A stretch of 64,000 nt of DNA, taken from NCBI GenBank assembly GCA_010909165.1, contig MU008172.1, positions 434,001 through 498,000 of the forward strand, written 5' to 3'. Of this stretch, positions 50,628 through 62,559 are shown one piece after another (positions within the stretch are counted from its first letter, which is position 1; each line of letters opens with the position of its first letter). The translations under genes and the position numbers were made by a program. This DNA is from Anthoceros angustus. Taxonomy: Eukaryota; Plantae; Anthocerotophyta. Below the pieces are notes generated by a model. That model was not told the DNA's origin and searched no databases. It worked only from the letters and a program-made list of their open reading frames with translations.

Positions 50628-52430
50628 ATGCAGAAGTCTGCGCGGCCGTGGCCAGACAGGCCTTCCACTGGCAGTGGCAAGCATGCACAGAGCTGTAGGT
50701 TCCAGAGCTGGTGCAGAGTGGTCGCAATGCGGCTCATGGATTTCCGGGCGCAGATTCTGGCGTCCATGGTGATCGCCATGTGCCTGCTGCTCATCACCAT
50801 GGTGCAGCTTTTCCCGATAAGGAGCCTGGTGCCGGATCTGGGCCTGGGCCTGGGCCAGCGCCAGGGCCAGGGCCTGGCGTCCTTAAATTGCAGCAGCTCG
50901 GGCGTGGCGAAAGCGGGAGCAGGAGAGGAGGACTGGCCGGGGTCGGGGATCCCGGGGCCGCCCGGGAACGGGCTGAAGCGGAGGTTCCGAGCGCACGGCA
51001 ACGCGGCGGCTCTATTTGTGCAGATGTCGGCGTACCGGGGCGGGCCGAGGACCTTCGCCGTGGTAGGTCTGGCGTCCAAGCCGGCGCATGTGTTCGGGAA
51101 CGCGGGCTTCGAGTGCGCCTGGCTCCCGGCAGTGGGAGGTGGAGGAGATGGAGGATCTGGTGCTTCAGCAGCTGCGATTCCCGGCACAAGTCGGAAGATG
51201 CTGCCGGACTGGGGCTTCGGGCGGGCGTACACCGTGGTAGTGGTGAATTGCAGCTTCCCAGGGGCCGGGGTGGGAGTGGATGGCGCCGGGGGCCAGCTGC
51301 TGATCACGGCGCGCTACGGGGAGGGGGATCCGCGGCCGCCGGTGAAGTTCTCTGCCATGACGGAGGCGGCGGGGAGTACCGGGGCGGAGGCCTTCCTTCC
51401 GCCATACAAGTACGACCATCTCTACTGTGGATCGTCGCTCTACGGGCGGCTGAGCCCAGGCAGGTGCAGGAGTGGCTGGCGTACCACGCGCGGCTCTTCG
51501 GCCCGCGCTCGCACTTCGTGCTGTACGATGCCGGAGGCGTGCAGCAGGTGTGGGAGGTAGTGGAGCCGTGGGTGAAGCAGGGGCGGGTCACCGTGCACGA
51601 TGTGCGCGACCAGGAGGTGTTCGATGGCTACTACCACAACCAGTTCTTGGTGGTGAACGATTGCCTCTTCCGCGCCAAGTTTCTGGCCAATTGGACCTAC
51701 TTCTTCGACCTGGACGAGTATCTCTACGTCGATCCGGCCTCGTCTCTGGACGAGGCCATGCGGAGGTACTCCCGGAGCACGCAGGTCTTCTTCGAGCAGA
51801 TTCCCATGGGCGCGCAGCTCTGCAGATGGGACGGCAAGCACACTCCTACTGCTTCCGGGTACGCAGCTGTCTGGTGGCTTTTCAGTAGCCTTGTGGGAGT
51901 AGTCTCCACATGGCTGTGCCATTGGGTGCTGTGCTCACCTTTCTTGTTTGACTTTGTGCAGAGAGGGATGGGCTATGGAGAAGTTGGTGTATAAAAATAT
52001 TAAGAAGACGAGGAGGATGCGCAAATATGCTGTACAAGCCAGGAAGGTGTATTCTGCCGGCGTCCATCTCACGCAGGATTTGGATGGGGAAAGTACGGTG
52101 GCCAAGGTGTCGCAGATGAGGTACTACCACTACCATGGGACCATCACTAAGAGGGGGGAACTCTGCATCAACTACACCGACGTGGTGAACCCCAAACAGA
52201 CTACGTGGATGGGTAAAGAGCCCTTTCGGTACGACGACAGCATGGCGGTCTTGGCATCCTCTGTCAGGGAATTTGAGGAACAAACCATCGGGACTCAGGC
52301 GTCTGTGGAATTTGAGGAGCAAACCATTCGGACTCAGCCGTCGGTGGAATTTGAGGAGCAAACCATCGGGACTCAGCCGTCTGTGGAATTTGAGGAGCAA
52401 ACCATTGGGACTCAGCCGTCTGTGGACTAG
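50628..52430 (+). CDS. GALS: Galactan beta-1,4-galactosyltransferase (GT92, GALS-like), with one apparent frameshift at ~51455 and an intron at 51859-51961
   Basis: N-terminal TM; FVQMSAYRGG..TFAVVGLASKP, KMLPDWGFGRAYTVVVVNCSF, YDHLYCGSSLYG, EWLAYHARLFG..SHFVLYDAGG, DGYYHNQFLVVNDCL, FFDLDEY, EKLVY, RKYAVQAR and YYHYHGTI. Confidence 0.92.
52269..52427 (+). repeat. 39-bp coding tandem repeat x4 (EFEEQTIGTQPSV) at the GALS C-terminus
   Basis: Four near-identical in-frame units precede the stop codon. Confidence 0.95.
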
Positions 52431-52944
52431 CAACCAAGAAAGGGATACCGAGTTCAACCACTCTTTACGGCCGCTCAGGGTCATCCACTGTGATCTGGAG
52501 GATACTTTTTGTCATGAAGTCTGGAACAGCAGAAGTTGGCAAGCGGGGGTAGAGTGCCTCAGAGGCTCATGAATTCTTCGTTTGTGATTCAGTTGGTGTA
52601 CAATAGCAGGAGGATATAGAATTGCGCAAGCAGAAGTACATGAGGAGAAGAGACTGGTGATTATCACCCCACAATTGTTCTGTACGGACTACATAGTTTA
52701 GGCGTAGCTGTAGCTAAGTAGACCGTTGAGGAGAAGCCATTGCTCTCGCTAAATTTTTGCTGCTGATGAGTTTGTACATTAACACTTTCGCTTAGAACGG
52801 GAGACGAAGTACAGAGCTGTAGATCATTTTTTAACACAAACAAAGAGTCTGATTGGCATTAATGGAAGACTTCTTGAGAGAGTGGCTCATCCGTGCCATC
52901 ATATTACTTGTGCTGGCCCTGGGTGACTCTGGAAATTCCGTCTT

Positions 52945-53907
52945 CTAATTTTTGGACAGCTTTTCGCATGCCAACTGCAGAACTTCTGCCTCGGAATATC
53001 CCGTGTGATACCCTGGCATCACATCGATGCCTCGCTTTGTGGCAAGCTCAGCTACTCGAATATGAACTGCTTCAGCATCTGTGACTTTAGTATTGAGAAG
53101 ATTGCAGGCGACCTCTATGCATCCTTCCCCGTGAAGGAGGGCCATGGCCTGAACATGAGCCAGGCCACCCCCCCTTTCGCTGACCTCGGCTGCGATACGA
53201 GCTGCGGTGTTTAGGTCGTTGCATCTGAGTGGGACATTGTAGTTGCTCACCCAGCCACAAGCCCCTACAACTACCACACCACTCTTGGCCCTGGAGATGG
53301 GAGGCCCAAAGTCCGGCGCCACCGCTGTCGGGGGAGCAGGCAAGCTGCCCTCCCACAGCCCCCGAGACCTAGACCTGAAGTAGCCAAGACTCCGACGGAG
53401 GTCAGCAAGACTTCTGCCTTGCTGGTGTGGGGCTCCGTACAGGAATGTAGGCACTGCAGGTCGCAGGAACAGCGGAGCCGATTGTCTCAGAGCCTGGACC
53501 TGAGCTGACACCACCAAAGACACTCAGCAGGCTGGGGTACCTCGTAGCTGTACTCCGATTTCAGCTGCCAGTGACCGCGCCAATGCCGCAACCTCCTCCA
53601 AGGACGCACTCCCAAGAGGATGCAGACAAATGTGGTCCACCACTCCGAGCCTCGGGTGCGAGCCGCAGTGGTCTGTCAGGTCGATGGAGTCTATGGCCAC
53701 CTGCACCATCTTCAGCACAGCAGATTGAAGAGAGCTGCTCTGATGCAGAGCTCCCGCAAGAGTGAATCCCACCCTGTTGTACTCGGAGTCCGTGAACGTC
53801 TGTATAATGTGAGCTGCGGCGGACTGTTGCAAACGCTCCACAGCTCGCGAGTTGCGGCTGTCAGAGACATACATCTTGCAGCAGGCAAGAGCCAGCCGTC
53901 TTGCCAT
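52945..53907 (-). CDS. Glutamate formiminotransferase-like protein (FTCD N-terminal domain, plant type), 2 exons
   Basis: LACCKMYVSDSRN, YNRVGFTL, GSHPRLGVVDHI; intron 53540-53454; VPTFLYG, GVVVVGA..WVSNYNVP, VSERGGGL..VQAMAL, EVACNLL. A possible upstream ATG lies at 54027. Confidence 0.9.
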
Positions 53908-54899
53908 CTCTTCACAACCACCAACACAATACCCGCGCCCGTGGGCATTTTCAAAGGCCTTTCTCATATTCGCAACGAAGATCGATTCAATTGCCTGAAA
54001 GGACGGGCGGAGCCTAAAACTCGTCATGTTATTAATGCAAGCATGTGTGCAGTCTTGGGATCCACCACTCTGACTCCGGTAGTGGGATCCACCACTCTTG
54101 AGTCCGGTAGCCGGTGGAGCAGGCATGCTCTTGGTGGAGTGTGGCATTATCCATACCTTCCAACTCGCATACGCCCGTGTATGCCAGGGTCCGAACTCAC
54201 GGGGACGCCATTGCCATAGTTTGCAGGCTACATTCAAACCTCTTGTGGCAAAGACTTCAAATCCCGTTTTTAGACAAGGGTGTTTCCTTTCAGTATCAAA
54301 GGATGGTACAGATAGCTCATTTTGAAGCCCACGTCAAGAACTTTCTTCTTAATCAAGAAGCAAAGTAGATGGGTAAATATAGAGACGAAAAATTATATTC
54401 AAAGAAAGAGTTGGTTGCTGTCTTGTTTCACACATAGCAAGACATATGCTGAACCATATCAAGATCAATATAGTTGGAGCCTACGATAAGAACGTTTTTT
54501 CTAATCCGTTCTTACAGCCTAAGAATAGGTATAGACACCGCAATAGACATTCAAAGGATTCATCACAAAAGGTGAGTTTGTTTTCTTCTTTCACACATAC
54601 CTCGAGATATTTTCATCAAAAACACGGTACAGATGGCTCGTTTTGAAGCTGGAATTGAGAGCGTTTTTCCGAATCAAGCTATGGAGTGTGTTGGCAAGTA
54701 TGGAGACTGCAAAAAATATTCAAAGACATGATGACAGAAGGTAGTTGTTGACCATGATCACACTTTGATTCTCATCTCGCATGAGGACTGTGGACATCTT
54801 CTCGTTCCTCACCTTCTGCGGATGCTTCCAGCTGGTTGCAAGCTCGACAATACTCTTTTTCCGTTTCAAACTATCGCCAAGATCATTGTCCATTCTGTT

Positions 54900-57101
54900 G
54901 AGCTCAACGAAATTCAAAGTTTATGCTCCACCTAATCGGGCTTCTAGTTGTCATAGTTGACACAACAGAATGTTGGCTCCAGCATATGCATGCTGAAGCA
55001 AAGAAGGATCTGCAGATCATTCGAGATCCTGCATTGTCTGAATGGTATGCTCCCAATCCATGTAAGAGCATTTCCATGGCATAGCTTGAGGGTTTTTTGA
55101 AGCTTGCACCCCTCCAATACATGTTGTGTCCTCTCTTATGGAACAAGGTTCAGTGTTCGTTGAAGTACTATGATATACAAGCGTACGAAGGAGGTCCCGA
55201 GTTGAATGCAATTGCCCTTTCATGCGTAATACCTTTGCCTGGTGTTTGCAGAAAAAGCCTTGCATTCCTCTTGGACAATTGTAGCATGCCCAGTCCCCTA
55301 TAGGATTGTAAACAATGTAGATCAGCCTTTGATATGTGGAGCTTTTCACAAGAGCTGGTTCTTGATCGTTGGTAGGAAGTGTGACATGGTCGTCAAGTAT
55401 GGTCGTCAAGAGAGCCCTAATAATTCATTTTCAATAATCACTTCTTGCTTTGCATTGTGCTTGAAGCCATGTTATTTTGTGAAGTGCTTGTGCCAATACA
55501 CTTTGCACACTGTATCCGTCAGTGTATGGAGCAACCAATCCATACGCTGACCTCGCAGACGCATAAAATCATCGCTCAACATGGACTTCAAGAAACCATG
55601 CCAAGCTTCAATTGCCGAATTGCAGTCCTGGCCAGCATGTGGCATGGTCCTGGAATACTTTAGCCACATAGGTAGCACTCCCTCCCACTGATTCTTAAAG
55701 TACTGAATGAACTCTAGAGCTTCTCTTTCATGATCCACGTACATTTGTTGCAGCATCTTCTTGGCCTCAGATTCCATGTGCCAACGACGAGAAATATACA
55801 TGATGTCACTAAGGCGACTAAAGATTGCCACTCTTGTCCTCCACTGGCTAACCTTAAGCAAGAGGTGACGCAGCCAACATTTCCTAACATGCCATAAACA
55901 TAGCAAGATTGGCACAGCATCTCCCCATGTGGCCCGCAGAGCACCTATTTCAGCAGCAGCATCGTCCACAAAGAAAGCATTGGGCTGCCATAGTGGACTA
56001 TGTTGCTGCATATGCATTTGAAATGCATACAACCACGCCTGCATATCCTCTAGTTTGCCACTGTCCGTGATAATCCAAGCAGCAGGGACTCCGCTATAGT
56101 AAGTATCAAAGACCATCAAGATGTACAAGTGAAACTTGTACTTATTGGTGCCAAAAGTGGCATCAAGGGAGATCACACTATTGTTTCCAAATTGAAACAT
56201 CATAGACTTCTGAAAGGCTGTTTGCACCCCTTGCGTAAAAGGGCCTGAATTGGAATGGTACCATACGATGTTTCTGTGAGCTTCTATCCACATCCGCACA
56301 CTTACCTCATCGTTCGGATGGGTGGTAAAAGCCTGTGATGACAGTTGATGCGATATTATCAAGGTCATGAGGTTGAAGGAAGTCATCATGATAGGGTTCA
56401 TAACCATAAGCCTGTGCTTTCAAATCCACTTTCTGAATGTGCTCCAAATAGATTTGTCTTTTAGTAGCTCTTGCAAAAAGTATGTGTTGGACCCATGCAC
56501 GTATCTCAATACTCAAATGAGCAGCAAACCTTGCCTGTGGGTTTGCATTGTACTGGAAGCCATAAAAAATTTGGTTGGAGTTGTCGGCATGCTGGTTATG
56601 GACAATAAACACAGCTGCAAGATGAGGCCAACAAGCAAGCTGCTTGACATCAAAGTGGTATTGACAGCCATGTTTCATACTAGAGAGTCTTAATATCTTG
56701 TCTTTACGTTTCCCTATGCTTTGAGATGCATGGACAACTGCGTCGTTGCTGCAGAAATCTGTTCGTCCAAAGGCACACCAATACTTGGTGTGCTTGAGCC
56801 AAGACCACATGTTTTGTCTATCTATGACGTTAGTTCCCCTTGCCTTTTTATCGTTCTCCTTCCAGAACAAGGTAGGAAATGAGTGGTCCATACTGTCTCC
56901 GTGGAGCAAGTCCTCCACTCTATCCCACCAAATGATGGCGACATTAGACAACAATGGAGTGCATTTCCCTTCAGTCAACACTTCTCTGTCCATAACAACA
57001 TAAGATAATGTCAAATCAAAGACTTTTAAAGGACCTTGCGGTGGTTCCTGTACCTCCCACCCGATCGGCAGGTTAAGACCAGTTGATGCTTCTACACTCA
57101 T
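54900..57101 (-). mobile_element. MULE (Mutator-like) transposase with SWIM zinc finger, frameshifted and with a premature stop
   Basis: KHGCQYHF.VK.L (WRKY/GCM1-like), ISLDATFGTNKYKFHLY.LMVFD....GVP.AW, FFVDD...E, LLCLWHVRK.W, NSAIEAWHGFLK and SWIM YNCPRGMQGFFCKH. Frameshift at ~56310 and stop at 55472. Confidence 0.88.
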
Positions 57102-58677
57102 AGCTTGAAATGTTTGACACCCGATGGATCGGCATTCACAGTGAGTGCGCGGTTGGTGAAGGCGCTCGCGAGTTTGAGCATGTAATGTACGCGCAATAAA
57201 TTAATAACCTAATAGTGTTCATGGCATCGTGAACCATCCGTGAATGGGATAACAGTTTCGAAGGCTTAATTACATACGATGCTTGGATGGATGCATGGCC
57301 ATAGCATTAGGGAATGCACCGGCATCCCGGTGGTAACGGGCAACCAGAGTATGAGTGGTGGGGCCCACATCTGCACACACGCGCGCATTAATAACTTGAA
57401 GAGTTTTAGGAACGGGGGAAAGGACGTACACCTGTAGTATCAAGTGTAAAAAATCATCCGCCTTTCAATTGTCTCAAGCAAACGAGTTGAGGCGAGGTCC
57501 ATCCATTTGTCGAGACAAGTACTGGATGCACAAATGGTTGTGACAGTGGTCACCCATACTTTAAACTTCAATAACCATTTGAAGTCTTTTTGTATATCTT
57601 TTATATCATTTAAAATTAAGTAACAAAAAATGCAAGGTGTAGCGCATGTAAAGAGCTACATATTGTATTTGGGACTCGTTGAGACCTGCAGCGTGTCAAA
57701 AATATATCAATCCATCTTTCTTGAAAACAATGATATCCTCGACATTCTTAGGCTTGGTACATTCACTCGTCCACATCTTGTATTTAGCTAACTATATCAT
57801 AATCTTGAGCTATCTCCAAGAGGACTAATTAACTCTTGTCATATTAAGTCATGCTACTCTCCAACAACTATAGCATAGTCCATGTCTTGGACCCACCATC
57901 CTTTAAGCTCCTTGACCTCTACTAGCTTTTAAATTCATTATTTTCCTTGCAGTAAAACTGCCTCTTGCGGCACGCATGCACGCACAGGTGTCCCATTTGC
58001 AAAATCAGCTTAGAGGTCCAAGTTCTACTAAGGCATACACCCCACTTAAGCGAACATGGGTTCAACCAAAAATAAAATAAAAATTTACTCCATATCGAGA
58101 CGGGATCATTTGAAAGAAAAATGGACATCTGACTGTGGTAGTACTTACGTCCATTTTCTTCGTCAGGCATTGACAAAACTACGTCCCCTAGCCTGGACAC
58201 TTGGCAGTGGAATAACCCTCGGGCATTCTTGCGGCGGTCCGTGCCCTATATTTACAGCCCAGCCCATTTCTTTGGCTAAACTGCAGGTGCGGTTAGGTTG
58301 GAGTTCACATGGTTACGGGTAAACGTGCCCCTCTTTTATGCCATGAACGACATCTTTAGGCCATTAAATACAATTGACCTTTAATGCCTAGAAATTATTA
58401 TACAAGTATATGTATTTATTTCACACGCCAACTCCGCGCACTTTCAACGTGTGGGAAGTTGTGTTGCGGATTGTAGCACGAGGGAGGGGCGTTTTCGCAA
58501 GAGAAGATTGAATCACAATGTTCAACGCTCATTCATGAATAAGTCCCCCCCTGTGTCCTGGGCTCCACATCTTTTGTGTGTTTTATGGATTTTAGTCAAG
58601 ATGTCGATAAGGTGTCGTGCAACATTCCGTCTCAACCTCTTGACGACGTTTCAACCCGAATGGAGTAGCCTACTAGA

Positions 58678-59494
58678 AAAAGAGTACTATGGTCGGAAGC
58701 TGAGATTCTTGTTCTGCAAGCTGAACGTAGAGATGATTTAGAAAAATAGCAATGCCAAGATAAGTGGGAGGCCATACGTAGCGATTGGAAGAAAATCTTT
58801 GTTCACGAACACCATCTGAGCTCCGACAAGATACTGTTTGTATTGGGATCTAACTATCAAGGAGTAAAGGTCGAAGAAATTACCAACCAATTTGTACACC
58901 TCTGTTTATAACTGTATGTTGAGATTTGATTCTAAACCCTACTCAATAAAAATGTTTTCCAAGAAAGGATCCTCCCAATGTTGTAGGTAATGTGTTGTCT
59001 TGGTGCTAGGATTCCTTATAGCAACAAAACTGAATTAGCTTCGCATCTTCGTTCACAAAAGTAGTTTAACCAGGCTTTGTCTTTAGGCATTGGAAATACA
59101 CCTCCAATATCAAGTTCAAAAATTCCTAGTCATGACATAGGAGTAGAGAATGTCAATCTTTGTCAGCATCCCAAAAGGCAAGCTCTCTCTCAAGATTTTG
59201 AGGAATGAGGCGAAAGAAAGCATGTTCAAGTAGTGGCATGGAAACAATTGGAGACAAACAACAGCCTGCTACTTGCAAGTATGGCAGAGGCTAAGAAAAG
59301 AAACATTGAGCACGCATTCTGAGACACTGAGTTCGAGAAAACCAAGCTCACGTTGTTCCATAACACAAAAAAAACAAACATTGGATACATCAAAAGAGAC
59401 GAGCTATAGATACATCAATGCCCGTGTAGGTATTGGTGATGGGATCAAAATGTTTGGCCAAGCAACTTTTCCACAACAACAAAGACAAAACTAG
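58678..59494 (+). pseudogene. Trihelix (Myb/SANT-like) DNA-binding protein remnant
   Basis: KRVLWSEAEILVLQAERRDD...*QCQDKWEAIRSDWKKIF.HE, then after a frameshift YWDLTIKE*RSKKLPTNL...VY.CM, followed by a downstream coiled-coil-like tail. Confidence 0.6.
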
Positions 59495-61597
59495 ATTAAT
59501 ATTTAAGCTGTTTTAAAAATGCTACTCTATATGTCTTCAAGTTCATGTTTAATTTTTGAAGCACTCATGCATCGAAAAACCTCTTCAAACACATGCTCAT
59601 GTAGAGCTTGAACACAATGGTAACGTGACAGTTTCTAACTGATGGCAAAACTGGATTAGCTTTGCATCTTCATTCACAAAACTGCTCATTGTATGAGAAT
59701 TTGCCACTTAGTAATGTGACAGGGTATTTAGTTAAAATTGTCATCTATTAAGGATATACCTGGTCCAATTATAGGCACAAGTAACCATGATGAGAGGATA
59801 CCTAGAACATCTCCCAAAATATATTCTCCAATCTCAAATCTGAGTATCCTTTCCTTGGGGCCATTAAATTGAGTTCCTACCACTGCAACCCTATGAAACC
59901 TTGAATTCACTAAAATCCTTGAGTCATTGGCCTTACTAGACTACCTTGTGACTAGTTCAAGGAAGGGAGGGAGAGTAGGAGCTGCCCTGAACCAGAGAGT
60001 GCCGGGATGCCATAAATTGGGTTGCCCATCCTTGGTGGGGATGTCGAAGGCAGTTCGATCTTATTGTCCATCACCTACACCTAATTGTTCACCCAGGCTC
60101 TTTTTCAAATCCCCTGAAGCCAAACGACGAAGAGCAATTGTCAGACACTTGCTTCCAGACTTAAAGAATTTGTCCAAAGACTTGAGAGAACCCTGACACA
60201 ACAGGACACTGAAGCTCATTGTGGACAAGACCACAAATATACTGGAAAGTAGCAGGCAAGAACCTTGTGAAGTTGTTAAAACGATAGTGATCATCCACAA
60301 TAACATAAAAATGATCATCGAAACCAGTAGGCCCTTAATCAGTTTGGAGTGCGAAGATGAGTATGGAAAGTGTTATGCGTGTTGCTTTGAGTCCACATTC
60401 TACATACTTGCCATGGTGGTGGCCATCCCGTGTCAGCATAGTCAAACTTCTGCGATCTTAAATTAGTCTAGTAAAATCATTTTGCTGCTATGTCATTAAT
60501 GTAGCAGTCAATTTTGATAAATTAATGTCCTAATTTATGTCATTTCCAATTGAGCAATTATGCTTGGCACTAGGGCCAAGGCCCTTGCGTCGTTTGAGCT
60601 TTCTCTCATTAAGGTGGACGATCACGGCGGGATCTGGGTTTTAATGCGAGAAGGCCAAGCTAGCTACAAGACACCAGCAAGCAGCCATGGCGACAGCTTT
60701 ATGTGAGTCCTATTTTGCAAGCTTGTGAAGAACACAGCCCGCTTTCAGCTTGTAATCAAAATCTAGTTTCCTTGTATCCGAGTGCAGGACACTGACATTG
60801 CTCGTGTACTTGCTGAGAACTAAACCTACATGCTAGAGGACTGAACAATGCTCCGGCCATGCAAAGCCGCTCTTTTGCCATCAAGATCGTGAGTGTGTGT
60901 GTGGTTTCTTAGCACATTTGTATGAAGATGTGCCCGCCCATTTTGCTAGTTGTGGCTGAGTTTCCCCAAGAGTCACTCTTGACAGCTGGACGATGTAGGC
61001 TGCAATGTTCATGTAGCAAGCTTGTGTGTTCTAAGGCTTTCCTTGTGATATCCTTAGCTAGATGCATGGCTTATTTTGTCTAACGCCGATGTATCATGTA
61101 AGCATCCTATTTTGCACGACATCTTGTTTTCAATTTTAAACCCGGGTCAAGCTGAGTCAGAATCGCTAACCAACAAAGCACTCGGTCTGTGAACTTCATG
61201 TCTTTTATCAAAACCTGGCTTAGGGCCGGGCTCATGGAATTGACCCTTAGTGGGTAGAGTCCAGTTTCTTTGATTTGACTTTTTTTGGAAATTAAAAATG
61301 GTAAAATATACAACTCAAAAAATTGCACATTTTGAACCAAGAAAAGTAGAATTCATGACATACGAATTTTACACCTTCCATAATGGTATTCAAACTTAAT
61401 TATCCTTTTTTTTTTTTTTTTTGCGTGATTATTTTCGTCATCCATGAACATATGTACAAACGGGCTCCTGATAGACGCCAAGCTACCTTGAATTAGCTAC
61501 TACGGCACTAGAAAGTGATTCATCCTATGGTTGAGTTTGGAGATGGCATCCATTCTCTTATTGTTTCTCTCTTCTTTCTTTTGAGAAGTCTCGTGTG

Positions 61598-61855
61598 CTA
61601 CCTTCGCATTTGTCTTTTGTTTTGTTTTTCCAGAGCCTTCTCTAATGCAGTGTTTATTGCTCTTTGGATGATCCCTTGCAGCCCATCTTTTGTCAAAATG
61701 ATCTTCTTGGGACTAGAAGATCCAGCGTGTGCTATCTCACCTTGTTGTGCTTCAACAGCAGGATCTTCCATCACATCGATTTCCAACATAAGAACCCTCT
61801 TTCGTTTCCGTTTTATCCTCAAATGCACTCTATCTTCGTTACTTGGATCAGCCAT
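61598..61855 (-). other. Short Lys/Arg-rich ORF of unknown function, with a T17 tract (minus-strand A17) at 61406-61422 downstream
   Basis: ORF track protein MADPSNEDRVHLRIKRKRK...ALEKALEKQNKRQMRR. No family recognised. Confidence 0.3.
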
Positions 61856-62041
61856 ATCTAGCTAAGCAATATGCTCAAATGCACTTTATCTTCGTTACTT
61901 GGATCAGCCATATCTAGCTAAGCAATATGCTCAAATGCACTTTATCTTCGTTACTTGGATCAGCCATATCTAGCTAAGCAATATGCTCAAATGCACTTTA
62001 TCTTCGTTACTTGGATCAGCTATATCTAGCTAAGCAATATG
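61819..62041. repeat. 56-bp near-perfect tandem repeat x4
   Basis: Unit tcaaatgcactttatcttcgttacttggatcagccatatctagctaagcaatatgc starts at 61819, 61875, 61931 and 61987. Confidence 0.97.
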
Positions 62042-62559
62042 ACGGGCACAACCTTTTGCTTTGCTCTATGTAGAACAGCGTCTGTTTAGAAAGGGGTTTC
62101 TCCTGTCAAAAGGGGTTTTGGAAAAAATCCCAACCCTCTTTCGCCGGAAACTGAAGTTGGTTTGGTTTTTGTTGGTTTTTGTAGGTAAACAGACTCCGCG
62201 CAATATCGGCGGATTCTTGAAAGCCTCTTTTGCGCTTTGGGCGGAGGTTGCCACCCCTTTCTCATATCAAGCAAAACACGTGTTTTTAAAAGAGATGTCT
62301 TTGAATGGCGAGTTCCACTTAGAACAATGTAAGTAATATCGAGGTTTTTCCATGTATGCACACTTTTGTTTGGTCGCGGTCGTCCGTGCCACCCTTAGAC
62401 TTACTGGGAAAGGGCAGAGTGCCAAGACTATGGGTCCAAAACACGTAATATGCATTCAAATCAAAGTCGCATTTTCCACGAAGGGTCAAAACGGAATTAT
62501 ACCGGTCAGCGGACGAGCCCCTCATCTACAAGTCACAGCTACCCAAAGGGTCATCTACT

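Noticed and set aside
50474-51307. 277-aa minus-strand ORF and other ORFs overlapping GALS, FTCD and ATG1
   Set aside because: Antisense shadows of well-supported genes.
54240-57950. Terminal inverted repeats for the MULE
   Set aside because: A degenerate direct repeat (ggtacagat.gctc.ttttgaagc at ~54305 and ~54625) was seen, but no convincing inverted counterpart at 57.2-58 kb.
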